From NCBI GenBank assembly GCA_010030955.1, contig RHBP01000001.1, positions 1 to 35,596 of the forward strand: a stretch of DNA of 35,596 nt. Reading direction: 5' to 3'. The translations under genes were made by a program, and so were the position numbers. This DNA is from Synechococcaceae bacterium WBB_10_009 (lineage in GTDB: Bacteria > Cyanobacteriota > Cyanobacteriia > PCC-6307 > Cyanobiaceae). Positions 17,189 through 25,796 of the stretch are shown piece after piece. A model generated the notes under the pieces. It ran no database searches, was not told the origin of the DNA, and saw only the letters and a list, made by a program, of their open reading frames with translations. Position 1 is the first letter of the stretch. Every line of letters starts with the position of its first letter.

Positions 17189-18379
17189 ATGGCTGAGCAG
17201 CAGCGGAGCAGCGACCTAGCGATCATCGGCGCCGGCGCGGCCGGTTGTGCCCTGGCGGCCGCCCTGCGCCTGCGGGGCTGGGGCGGCTCGATCCAGCTGC
17301 TGGAGATCGGGCGCGGGCCGGGGGGGCGCACGGCCACCCGCCGCTCCCGCCGCGATGCCGGGCTGGCCATCAACCACGGCGCGCCGCTGTTCAACATCGG
17401 CGGCGATCCGGAGCCATGGCTGCTGGATCCCCTGCGGCGCGGCGGCTGGATTGAGCCGTTCAACGGCGCCATCCACAGCCTCGATGGCAACGGCCACCTT
17501 GGCCCCACCATCGACGACGGCTTCAGCAGCGGCCGCCTGTGGCAGGGCCGCGGCGGCATGGAGCAGCTGTGCCGCGGTCTGCTGGATCTGGCCCAGGGCC
17601 AGGCGGGCCACACCGAGCTGCAGGTGGGCTGCCTGGTACGCCACCTGCAGCCCCAGCCCGACGGCTGGGCCCTCACCGACCCCGACGGCCAGCCGCTGCT
17701 GCACTGCCGCTGGCTGGTGGTGAGCGGCACCCTGCTGGCCCACCCCCGCTGCCAGCGGGTGTTCGGCTGGAGCGATGTGCCCCTGCGGAGCGCCGCGGCC
17801 CAACTGCAGGATCCACAGCTGCTGGAGGCCTGCGGTGCCCTGGCCGCCAGCGGCTCCCAGGCCAGCAGCAACCTGCTGCTCACCCTGCCGGCCGAGGCGA
17901 CAGAGCCCTGGCGGCAGCAACCCTGGAGGCTGCTGCAGTTCACGCCGGCGGCCCAAGGGCGCTGGGGGCTGCGGCGGGTGTCGCTGCAGCCGCAGGGCGA
18001 CCAGCGCCTGGCGGTGGTGGCGGAATCCAGCGCCGCCTTCGCCGAGCGCCATCTGCACGTGTACGGCTCCCGCTCCTCCGCCGGCCAACTGCTGGGGGCC
18101 GCACCGCAGGCCGGGGCGGAGGCTGCGGTGCTGGAGCAGCTGGCGCAGGCCCTGGCGGATGCCCTGCAGCTGCCCACCGCCGCGGGGGATCGGCAGTTGA
18201 TGCGCTGGGGGGCCGCCTTCCCCCAAGCGCCAGGCCTGGAGGCCCACCTGCAACTCTGCCCCGCCAGCCGCATCGGCTTCTGCGGCGATGCCGTGGCGGG
18301 GAATGGCTTCGGGCGCGTGGAAGGGGCCCTGCGCAGCGCCGAAGCCCTGGCGGAGCGCCTGCTGACGGAGCAGCTGTAG
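17189..18379 (+). CDS. Renalase-like FAD/NAD(P)-dependent oxidoreductase
   Basis: IIGAGAAG Rossmann motif, GGRTATRR, HGAP and GFCGD...RVEGALRSA. Confidence 0.88.
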   Translation: MAEQQRSSDLAIIGAGAAGCALAAALRLRGWGGSIQLLEIGRGPGGRTATRRSRRDAGLAINHGAPLFNIGGDPEPWLLDPLRRGGWIEPFNGAIHSLDGNGHLGPTIDDGFSSGRLWQGRGGMEQLCRGLLDLAQGQAGHTELQVGCLVRHLQPQPDGWALTDPDGQPLLHCRWLVVSGTLLAHPRCQRVFGWSDVPLRSAAAQLQDPQLLEACGALAASGSQASSNLLLTLPAEATEPWRQQPWRLLQFTPAAQGRWGLRRVSLQPQGDQRLAVVAESSAAFAERHLHVYGSRSSAGQLLGAAPQAGAEAAVLEQLAQALADALQLPTAAGDRQLMRWGAAFPQAPGLEAHLQLCPASRIGFCGDAVAGNGFGRVEGALRSAEALAERLLTEQL

Positions 18380-18381
18380 CT

Positions 18382-18397
18382 ATGCGGCTATGCTCAT
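18382..18397. promoter_or_regulatory. Putative ArsR (BigR/SqrR-type) operator 1
   Basis: ATGC-GGCTATGC-TCAT, inside a larger TATGCGG...CCGCATA inverted repeat at 18381-18414. Confidence 0.65.
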
Positions 18398-18416
18398 AGC
18401 AGCTGATCCGCATACC

Positions 18417-18804
18417 ATGCTCCATGCCCGCACCAGCGGCCGCAGCCACGCCGAGGCCTGCGCCCAGCTGGAGGCCAGCTGCCGACGCCACGGCTACGGC
18501 GTGCTCGCCACCAGCTTCGACGGCCGCCCGATCAAGCTCGACGGCAACCCCGCGCACCCGTCCGCGCATCTGCCACCCCGGGCACGCCGCCGCGATCCTG
18601 GCGGCCGATCCGCTGCTGGCCGCGGCCCTGCCCTGCCGCATCGCCGTGAGCAACAGCAACGGCACCACCCGCCTGAGCATGCTCTCGCCGCAACAGCTGC
18701 TGGCCGGCCTCAGCGGCGACAGCCCCGGGGCCGCCGCACACCAGGCCACCGCCGCCCAGGTGGAGGCCGAAACCCTGGCGATCCTCAACGAGGCCGCCGG
18801 CTGA
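18417..18804 (+). pseudogene. DUF302 domain gene with a frameshift
   Basis: N-terminal half (HGYGVLAT) and C-terminal half (ICHPGHAAAILAADP...LPCRIAV) are in different frames; the 388-nt span is not a multiple of 3. Confidence 0.75.
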
Positions 18805-19152
18805 TCAGCGAGCCGGGCCGGCGCTCACCACCTGCAGCTGAGCCTCCAGCCGCTGCTTGAGGCGGCTCTGCACCAGATGGCAAAGCTCATCCACCAGGTC
18901 TCCATCGGCCTGCCAGATGGTGCGGGCCCCCTCCCGTTCACAGCGCACCAGGCCCGCGCGCTGCAGCTGGCCCAGCTGGCGGCTGATGTGCGACTGGGAA
19001 AAGCCCGTGGCGCTGATCAGGCTGGCCACGTCGGTGGGGCCGTGCCGGAGCTGGCAGAGCAGCTGCAGCCGCGCCGGCTCACTGAGCAGACGGAAGAACT
19101 GGCTGTACTCCTCGAGCAGCTCGGGGGAGGGCGTCGGACCCGGCGATCCCAT
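18805..19152 (-). CDS. ArsR/SmtB-family repressor, BigR/SqrR-like
   Basis: LSEPARLQLLCQL, SQSHISRQL helix-turn-helix and a C-terminal ELC; Cys in helix 2 and the last helix. Confidence 0.88.
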   Translation of the reverse strand: MGSPGPTPSPELLEEYSQFFRLLSEPARLQLLCQLRHGPTDVASLISATGFSQSHISRQLGQLQRAGLVRCEREGARTIWQADGDLVDELCHLVQSRLKQRLEAQLQVVSAGPAR

Positions 19153-19163
19153 AACAATGGCCT

Positions 19164-19179
19164 ATGCCGATAGCCGCAT
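19164..19179. promoter_or_regulatory. Putative ArsR operator 2
   Basis: ATGC-CGATAGCC-GCAT in the 28-bp gap between the divergent arsR and methyltransferase genes. Confidence 0.7.
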
Positions 19180-19180
19180 T

Positions 19181-19813
19181 ATGCCCAGCCCGTCAGCCCC
19201 GGATCCACGCCAGTTTTGGGACAACCGCTACGCCGAAGCGGCCTACGCCTACGGCGACCAACCCAACGACTTCCTGCGTGAGCAGGCCAGCGGGCTGGCC
19301 GCCGGCGATGCGCTCTGCCTGGCGGAGGGCCAGGGCCGCAACGGCATTCACCTGGCCGCGCTGGGCCATCGGGTGACCCTCCAGGACCTCAGCCCCGTGG
19401 GGCTGGAGCGGGCCCGCGACCTGGCGCAACGGCGCGGCGTTTCGGTGCAGACCCTCTGCTGCGACCTGGCGGACTTCCAGCCGCCCGCGGAGAGCGCCGA
19501 CCTGGTGGTGGCGATCTGGATGCACCTGCCACCGCCCCTGCGGGCCCGGGTGCACCGCAGCGCCGTGGAGAGCCTGCGCCCCGGCGGGCACCTGATCCTG
19601 GAGGCCTACACCCCACGCCAACTGGCCCTCGGCACCGGCGGGCCGCCCAGCCTGGATCTGCTGATCGAGCCCCAGACCCTGGCCCAGGAGCTGCAGGGCC
19701 TGGAGTGGCTGGTGCTGGAGGAGCGCCAGCGCCCGATCACCGAGGGGCCCTACCACCGGGGCACCAGCGCCGTGGTCCAGGCCCATGGCGTGAAGCCGCT
19801 TATGCGTGTATAG
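19181..19813 (+). CDS. Class I SAM-dependent methyltransferase (TehB/thiol-MT-like size)
   Basis: FWDNRY..YAYGDQPNDFL, LCLAEGQGRN and LRPGG. Confidence 0.88.
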   Translation: MPSPSAPDPRQFWDNRYAEAAYAYGDQPNDFLREQASGLAAGDALCLAEGQGRNGIHLAALGHRVTLQDLSPVGLERARDLAQRRGVSVQTLCCDLADFQPPAESADLVVAIWMHLPPPLRARVHRSAVESLRPGGHLILEAYTPRQLALGTGGPPSLDLLIEPQTLAQELQGLEWLVLEERQRPITEGPYHRGTSAVVQAHGVKPLMRV

Positions 19814-19817
19814 TCAT
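19802..19817. promoter_or_regulatory. Putative ArsR operator 3
   Basis: ATGC-GTGTATAG-TCAT, 22 bp upstream of the persulfide dioxygenase start; contains TATAGT, a possible -10. Confidence 0.65.
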
Positions 19818-19839
19818 ACAAGCTTGATCCCCAGGGTCG

Positions 19840-20955
19840 ATGGCTGATCCATCCCGTGCAATCACCAGTGCAGCCGCCGGCGGCCAGCGCCTGCTGCTGC
19901 GGCAACTGTTTGACGCCGACACCGGCACCTTCACCTACCTGCTCGCCGACGTGGCCAGCGGCCAGGGGGTGCTGATCGATCCGGTGTTCGAGCAGCACGG
20001 CCGCGACCTGTCGCTGATCCGGGAGCTGGGCATCACCCTGGTGGCCTGCCTCGACACCCACGCCCACGCCGACCACGTGACCGGCAGCTGGCTGATGCAC
20101 GAGGCCACCGGCTGCGCCATCGGCCTGGCGGCGGCCGTGGGGGCCGCCAACGTGACCCTGCCGCTGCAGCACGGCGACCGCGTGGCCTTCGGCGATCGCG
20201 CCCTGGAGGTGCGCAGCACCCCGGGCCACACCGATGGCTGCATCAGCTTCGTGCTCGACGACCAATCCATGGCCTTCACCGGCGATGCGCTGCTGGTGCG
20301 GGGCTGCGGCCGCTGCGACTTCCAGCAGGGCAATGCCCACACCCTCTGGCGCTCGATCACCGAACAGCTGCTCTCCCTGCCCGAGCCGTGCCTGCTCTAC
20401 CCCGGCCACGACTACACCGGCCGCGGGGTCACCTCGGTGGCGGAGGAGAAAGCCTTCAACGCCCGCCTCGGCGGTGCCGCCACCGAGCGCGACTTCGTGG
20501 GCCACATGCAAAACATGAAGCTCCCCCACCCCCACAAAATCGCTGAGGCCTTGCCGGGCAACATGCGCTCCGGCAAACCGCGGCAGGCGGAAACCAACAG
20601 CGTCTGGGCCCCCGTGCAACGCAGCTATGCCGGTCTGCCGGAGCTGGCACCCGCCTGGGTGGCCGCCCACCTGCCGGAGCTCACGGTTCTGGATGTGCGC
20701 GCGCCCGAAGAGCTGCAGGGGCCTGATGGCCACATCAGCGGCAGCCTCAACATCCCCCTGCCGGAGCTGGAGCAGCGCCGCCAGGAGATCCCCAGCGACA
20801 GGCCTGTGGTGGTGGTCTGCCACTCCGGCAGCCGTTCGGCCCTGGCCACGCAGCAACTGCTCAAGGAGGGCATCGCCACCATCGCCAATCTGCGCGGCGG
20901 CTTGAGCCGTTGGAGCGATGAGGGCTACCCCCTGGCCGGCGCCATTGCCCTCTAA
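19840..20955 (+). CDS. Persulfide dioxygenase (ETHE1-like MBL fold) fused to a rhodanese
   Basis: THAHADHVTG, TPGHT, FTGDALLVRGCGRCDFQQG and YPGHDY; C-terminal rhodanese LDVR...CHSGSRS. Confidence 0.93.
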   Translation: MADPSRAITSAAAGGQRLLLRQLFDADTGTFTYLLADVASGQGVLIDPVFEQHGRDLSLIRELGITLVACLDTHAHADHVTGSWLMHEATGCAIGLAAAVGAANVTLPLQHGDRVAFGDRALEVRSTPGHTDGCISFVLDDQSMAFTGDALLVRGCGRCDFQQGNAHTLWRSITEQLLSLPEPCLLYPGHDYTGRGVTSVAEEKAFNARLGGAATERDFVGHMQNMKLPHPHKIAEALPGNMRSGKPRQAETNSVWAPVQRSYAGLPELAPAWVAAHLPELTVLDVRAPEELQGPDGHISGSLNIPLPELEQRRQEIPSDRPVVVVCHSGSRSALATQQLLKEGIATIANLRGGLSRWSDEGYPLAGAIAL

Positions 20956-20996
20956 CCCCTCTCCTGTTCCTTCACCCCCCTTCTCCCCGTCGTCCG

Positions 20997-21515
20997 ATGA
21001 GCACCAGCATTTCCGCCCACGACCTCGCCGATCAACTGGCCAGCAAGCGCATCACCGTGATCGATGTGCGTGAGCCGATGGAGTACGCCAGCGGCCACAT
21101 CGCCGGCAGCATCAATGTGCCCCTCCACCGCCTGCATCAGGCCGACCTGCCCCAGGGCCCCCTGGTGCTGGTGTGCCAAAGCGGCAACCGCAGCAGCCAA
21201 GGCCTCAACCGCCTGCTCGACCGCGGCCATCCCCATCCCGCGGTGGATCTGGCGGGCGGCCTGCCCAACTGGCAACAGGCCGGCTACCCGGTGCGCCAGC
21301 TCAAGAACGCACCGCTGCCGCTGATGCGCCAGGTGCAGATCGCCGCCGGCTCGCTGATCCTGCTGGGGCTGATCCTGAGCAACACCGTGGCACCGGGCTG
21401 GATCGCCCTCACCTGGTTTGTGGGGGCCGGCCTCACCTTCGCCGGGGTGAGTGGCTTCTGCGGCATGGCGCGGCTGCTGGCTGTGATGCCCTGGAACCGG
21501 GTGTCGCTGGGATGA
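20997..21515 (+). CDS. Rhodanese plus DUF2892 membrane protein (YgaP-like)
   Basis: IDVREPMEYASGHI, CQSGNRS, then RQVQIAAG...GFCGMARLLAVMPWN. Confidence 0.92.
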   Translation: MSTSISAHDLADQLASKRITVIDVREPMEYASGHIAGSINVPLHRLHQADLPQGPLVLVCQSGNRSSQGLNRLLDRGHPHPAVDLAGGLPNWQQAGYPVRQLKNAPLPLMRQVQIAAGSLILLGLILSNTVAPGWIALTWFVGAGLTFAGVSGFCGMARLLAVMPWNRVSLG

Positions 21516-22336
21516 GCCTCGCCACGTTGCTGCTGCTCTCGGCGGGCGGCGGGCTGATCGGCTTCCTGCTCTCGGTGCTGGGGGCCGGCGGCTCGATCCT
21601 GCTGTTGCCATTGCTGGTGAGCGGGGCCGCCCTGCCCAGCCGTGAGGCGGTGCCGCTGTCGTTGCTGGTGGTAACCCTGCTGGCCCTGGCCAACCTGGGG
21701 CCCTACCTGCGCCGCCGCCAGTTCGCGCCAAGGGCAGCCCTGATTCTGGGGCTGCCGGCGCTGGCCGGCAGCTGGATCGGCGGCAGCTGGGTCAAGGCCG
21801 GCTGGGTGCCCGAGCCCCTGCAGCTGGGGGTGTTTGCCGTGGCGGCCCTGGTGGCCGTGTGGCTGCTCAACCGCCCCGGCGGTGGCGCCCCCCAGGTGCC
21901 CGCTAGCCATGCCGGGCCGTCGCTGCTGCTGGCCCTGCAGGGGGTGGCCGTGGGACTGCTCACCGGGGTGGCCGGGGTGGGGGGCGGCTTTGCGATCGTG
22001 CCGGCTCTGGTGTTGCTGGCGGGGCTGCCGATGGCCCTGGCCAGCGGCACCAGCCTGCTGCTGATCGCCGTGAATGCCCTGGTGGCGCTGGCGGCCCTGG
22101 GCCACTGGCCCACCGAGGGCCTGCCCCTGGTGCTGCCACTGCTGGCCGGTGGAGCCCTGGGGGCGGTCGTGGGTCAGCGGCTGGCGCCGCGGCTGAGCGA
22201 TCGGCGGCTGCGGCAGGGATTCTCCTGGCTGCTCATCGCCTCCGCCATGCTCACGGGGGTGGAGGGCTGGAAGCGCCACACCGCCCTGCAAAACAACGCG
22301 CAGCTCGACGCGCTGCAGCAGCACAGGAAGCTGTAA
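21512..22336 (+). CDS. TauE/SafE sulfite exporter family protein
   Basis: Duplicated GAGGSILLLP and GVGGGFAIVP motifs with about eight TM helices. Confidence 0.92.
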   Translation: MSLATLLLLSAGGGLIGFLLSVLGAGGSILLLPLLVSGAALPSREAVPLSLLVVTLLALANLGPYLRRRQFAPRAALILGLPALAGSWIGGSWVKAGWVPEPLQLGVFAVAALVAVWLLNRPGGGAPQVPASHAGPSLLLALQGVAVGLLTGVAGVGGGFAIVPALVLLAGLPMALASGTSLLLIAVNALVALAALGHWPTEGLPLVLPLLAGGALGAVVGQRLAPRLSDRRLRQGFSWLLIASAMLTGVEGWKRHTALQNNAQLDALQQHRKL

Positions 22337-22355
22337 GGCAGCCCCAAGGCGGCGC

Positions 22356-22952
22356 TCACGCCGCCGCCAGCGGCGCCGAATCCACCAGAGCCGGGGCCAA
22401 CCGCAGGCAGGTGTCGCCACTGGGCACCTGCAGCAACTGGGCCTGGCGGATCTTGGAGATCATGCGGGTGGTGGTGACGCGGGTGGCCCCGATCAACTCA
22501 CCAATGCGCTCGTGGGTGAGGCGGAAGGGCAGGTCGCACCAATCGCCGCAGCGGCGGCCCATGCGCCGCACCAACAGGGCCAGCAGGGCATGCAGCCGTT
22601 GCTCTGCGCTGCCCAGATGGCGGATGCGCAGCAGCTGCAGGGTCCACTCGTTCACCGGATCAAAGCCGTCGCCGCTGCGGGGCTCGGCCTCACTGCTGAA
22701 CACCAGCGGCGTCAGCGCCTCCACGCACACCCCCTCGCTGCAGAGGCGATCGGTGCGCAGCTGATCGCCGGGCTGCAGGAAGGCCAGGGTCATGCCCTCG
22801 GTTTCCTCGCAGGGGCAGTACACCCGCGCCATCCCCTCCAGCACCTCGATGCAGCTGCCCTCAGGGCGCAGGGCGGGATCCAGCAGCACGGTCTGCCCCA
22901 CGGGCATGCGGATGGCCTTGGCGGGGGCATCGGGCAGGAAACGAAAGCTCAT
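22356..22952 (-). CDS. Crp/Fnr-family transcriptional regulator (IdiB-like context)
   Basis: Helix-turn-helix LTHERIGELIGATRVTTTR; Cys-rich N-terminal domain (YCPCEE, LCSEGVC). Confidence 0.88.
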   Translation of the reverse strand: MSFRFLPDAPAKAIRMPVGQTVLLDPALRPEGSCIEVLEGMARVYCPCEETEGMTLAFLQPGDQLRTDRLCSEGVCVEALTPLVFSSEAEPRSGDGFDPVNEWTLQLLRIRHLGSAEQRLHALLALLVRRMGRRCGDWCDLPFRLTHERIGELIGATRVTTTRMISKIRQAQLLQVPSGDTCLRLAPALVDSAPLAAA

Positions 22953-22974
22953 GGAGGGGGCCGGCAGGGCACCA

Positions 22975-23032
22975 ATTGCGAATGCGTCGCAACCTAAACA
23001 AGACAGCCACCCTTTTGCAAGCGATTCTCAAT
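22975..23032. promoter_or_regulatory. Two Fur-box-like 19-mers upstream of the Crp-family gene
   Basis: ATTGCGAATGCGTCGCAAC (22975-22993) and TTTGCAAGCGATTCTCAAT (23014-23032) are imperfect palindromes in an AT-richer gap. Confidence 0.6.
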
Positions 23033-23053
23033 AGCAGTCGCTATTGCAGCGCT

Positions 23054-24118
23054 TCAGGGCCAGCCGTTGGCCTCCATCAGCTTCACGGCGGCACGGTTCT
23101 TGGCGCCCATCTGCTCGGCCGACACCCCATCGCCCCGGAACGGACCGAACCGCTTCAGGATCGGGTTGTTGCCCGTGCCCCGCAGGGGATATTCGTTGTT
23201 GGCCTCCGCATAGCCGCGGCCACCGCTGGGGGAGGCCAGAAATTCGATCAACTTCACGGCGGCCTGCGGGTTGCTGGAGGTCTTCACCACCCCGGCGCCG
23301 CTGATGTTCACGTGGGCCGGATCGGGGAACACCACCTTCAGCCGCCCGGCCAAGGCCTGATCGGCGGCGCCGCTATCGCCCGCCAACATGCGGGCCACGT
23401 AGTAGGTGTTCACCAGACCAACGCCGCATTCACCGTTGCCAACGGCGCGAATCAGCGGCGTGTCGGAGGTGAACACCGGCTTGGTGACGTTGGCGGTCAT
23501 CCCCTTCACCCAGCTCGCGGCGGCGGCATCGCCGCGCAGGATCATCTGATCCGCCACCAACGACTGGTTGTACACGCTGCGGCGATCCCGCAGGCACAGC
23601 TTGCCCTTCAGCGCCGGCTTGGCCAGATCGGCGTAGGTGCGGATGCTGCCGGGGGCCACCAGCTTGGGGTTCACGATCACCACACGCACCCGCCGGGTGA
23701 GGCCATACCAACGCCCCTTCGAATCCCGCAGCGACAGCGGCACATCCCGCAGCAGGGCCGCGGAGGGCATCGGCCGGAACAGGCCCAGGTCGGCGGCTTT
23801 GTCGAGCCGGGCGGCATCCACCAGCACCAACACATCCGCGGGGCTGTTCTTGCCCTCGGCGCGCAGGCGCTCGATCAGGGCGTCATCCTTCGCCTCCAGC
23901 AGCCGCACCTTGATGCCGGTGCGGGCGGTGAACTGCTGATACAGCTGCTTGTCGGTGTTGTAGTGGCGGCCTGAGTACACGCCGATCTCCTGGGCCTGGG
24001 CCTGGGCCGCCTCCGTGCGGAGTCCGATGGCCAGCGCCGCCGTGGCGGTCAACGCCAAGAGGGCCGTGCAGCCCAAACGCTCAGGGTTGAACAAGGACGT
24101 CATCGAGAAGCGATTCAT
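23054..24118 (-). CDS. futA: Fe(III) ABC transporter substrate-binding protein (FutA/IdiA)
   Basis: VYSGRHY, EGKNSPADV, SVYNQSL, NTYY iron-ligand tyrosines and NNEYP; start uncertain. Confidence 0.93.
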   Translation of the reverse strand: MNRFSMTSLFNPERLGCTALLALTATAALAIGLRTEAAQAQAQEIGVYSGRHYNTDKQLYQQFTARTGIKVRLLEAKDDALIERLRAEGKNSPADVLVLVDAARLDKAADLGLFRPMPSAALLRDVPLSLRDSKGRWYGLTRRVRVVIVNPKLVAPGSIRTYADLAKPALKGKLCLRDRRSVYNQSLVADQMILRGDAAAASWVKGMTANVTKPVFTSDTPLIRAVGNGECGVGLVNTYYVARMLAGDSGAADQALAGRLKVVFPDPAHVNISGAGVVKTSSNPQAAVKLIEFLASPSGGRGYAEANNEYPLRGTGNNPILKRFGPFRGDGVSAEQMGAKNRAAVKLMEANGWP

Positions 24119-24197
24119 CAAAAAAAGGGCACCTGTTGGCACTATGCGCAACGCAGCCACCGCTCCGACAGCCCCGCGATCATTGGCCACCTGGCGC

Positions 24198-24213
24198 TGT
24201 GACATTGGTGACA
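24198..24213. promoter_or_regulatory. CRP-family binding box between futA and futB
   Basis: TGTGA-CATTGG-TGACA, one mismatch from TGTGA-N6-TCACA. Confidence 0.55.
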
Positions 24214-24254
24214 TGCACAGGTTCAAACCCCCTGAGCCCGTAGGCTTTCGCGCC

Positions 24255-25796
24255 ATGGCCCCCTCCGCCGCCCCCCCGGCGCCTTTGCCGCAACGCAGCC
24301 TGCTCGGCTCCGGTGTGGTGCTGCTCGGCGGGCTGGCCCTCAGCCCCGTGGTGGGGCTCGGCCTGTTTGCCCTGCAGGGCTCCGGTGGCCTGGAGAGCCT
24401 GCGGCTCGGCAGCGAAGGGCCGCTGCAGGTGGGCAACACCCTGGCGTTGCTGGCCGTGGTGGGGCTGCTGGCGGCATTGCTGGGCACCGGCACCGGCTGG
24501 CTCACGGCGCGCTGCCACTTCCCCGGACGGCGCTGGCTGCGCATCGCCCAACTGCTGCCCCTGGCCACCCCCAGCTACCTGCTGGCCGCCACCCTGATCG
24601 ACCTGGGCAGCCGCCTGGGCATGCGGGTCCACGGCTTCCTCCCCACCACCGTGGTGTTGGTGCTGAGCACCTACAGCTATGTGTTTCTGCTCTCCACCGA
24701 GAGCTTTTCGGTGAGCGGCCGACGCCAAATGGAGGCCTGCCGCAGCCTCGGGGTGGGCCCCTGGGGCAGCTTCCGGCGCGTGGCCCTGCCCATGGCCCTG
24801 CCCGCCATCGGCGCCGGCATGGCCCTGGGGGGCATGGAGGTGGTCAACGAGCTCGGTGCGGTGGAGCTGCTGGGGGTGCCCACCCTCTCGGGCGGCATCC
24901 TGATGCGCTGGCAGCAGGAGGGCGACCCCCAGGCCGCCGTGGCCCTGGCCCTGGTGGCGCTGCTGATCGTGGCCTTGCTGGTGGGGGCGGAGCGCAGCCT
25001 GCGGCGCCGCAGCCGCTGCTGGAACCTGGGCAATGATGGCCAGGCCGATCAGGCCTGGAGCCTGCGGGGGCCGCGCCGTTGGTTTAGCCAGCTGCTCTGC
25101 CTGCTGCCGCCCCTGCTCAGCCTGGGCCTGCCGCTGCTGTGGAGCGCCCTGAGCTGGGATCAGCTGCAGGCGGAGAACCCGCTCGACCTGCTCAGCCTCA
25201 GCGGCCGCAGCTTCGGGTTGGCGTTGCTGGCGGCGGCGATCACGGTGGCGACGGGGCTGGTGCTGGCCATCGCCAAGCGCTGGCTGCCCAACCTGCTGCT
25301 GCAGCGGCTCAGCTTTGTGGCGGGCCTCGGCTACGCGGTGCCGGGCACCGTGCTGGCCCTGGCGTTGATGTTGATCGGCGGCCCACTGGCCCTGGCGCCG
25401 CTGCTGCTGTTGGTGTGGGGCTACGGCGACCGGTTTCTGGCGGTGGCCAAGGGGGGCCTCGATGCGGCGCTCGAGCGCATTCCCCCCAGCGTCGATGAGG
25501 CCGCCACCTCCCTGGGGCAGAGCTGGATCGGGGTGCTGCGGCTGGTGCACCTGCCCCTGCTGCGGGGTCCGCTGCTGGTGGGGGGCCTGCTGGTGTTTGT
25601 GGACACGGTGAAGGAACTGCCGCTCACCTTTGCGCTGCGGCCGTTCGATTTCGACACCCTGGCGGTGCGGGTTTACCAGTACGCCAGCGATGAGCGCCTG
25701 GGGGCCGCCCTGCTGCCGGCCCTGTTGATCCTGGGGCTGGGGCTGATCGCCGCCATGGCCCTGGTGCCCAACCTGGAGCGGCTGGAGCGGCGCTAA
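24255..25796 (+). CDS. futB: Fe(III) ABC transporter permease
   Basis: Two EAA loops (EACRSLG, EAATSLG) and KELPLTFALRPFDFDTLA. Confidence 0.93.
   Translation: MAPSAAPPAPLPQRSLLGSGVVLLGGLALSPVVGLGLFALQGSGGLESLRLGSEGPLQVGNTLALLAVVGLLAALLGTGTGWLTARCHFPGRRWLRIAQLLPLATPSYLLAATLIDLGSRLGMRVHGFLPTTVVLVLSTYSYVFLLSTESFSVSGRRQMEACRSLGVGPWGSFRRVALPMALPAIGAGMALGGMEVVNELGAVELLGVPTLSGGILMRWQQEGDPQAAVALALVALLIVALLVGAERSLRRRSRCWNLGNDGQADQAWSLRGPRRWFSQLLCLLPPLLSLGLPLLWSALSWDQLQAENPLDLLSLSGRSFGLALLAAAITVATGLVLAIAKRWLPNLLLQRLSFVAGLGYAVPGTVLALALMLIGGPLALAPLLLLVWGYGDRFLAVAKGGLDAALERIPPSVDEAATSLGQSWIGVLRLVHLPLLRGPLLVGGLLVFVDTVKELPLTFALRPFDFDTLAVRVYQYASDERLGAALLPALLILGLGLIAAMALVPNLERLERR

Noticed and set aside
7042-20199. 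HIP1 octamer GCGATCGC at about seven sites (7042, 9638, 10120, 10564, 12081, 15745, 20192)
   Set aside because: A known cyanobacterial background motif at modest density; the count is by eye and shows no special arrangement.
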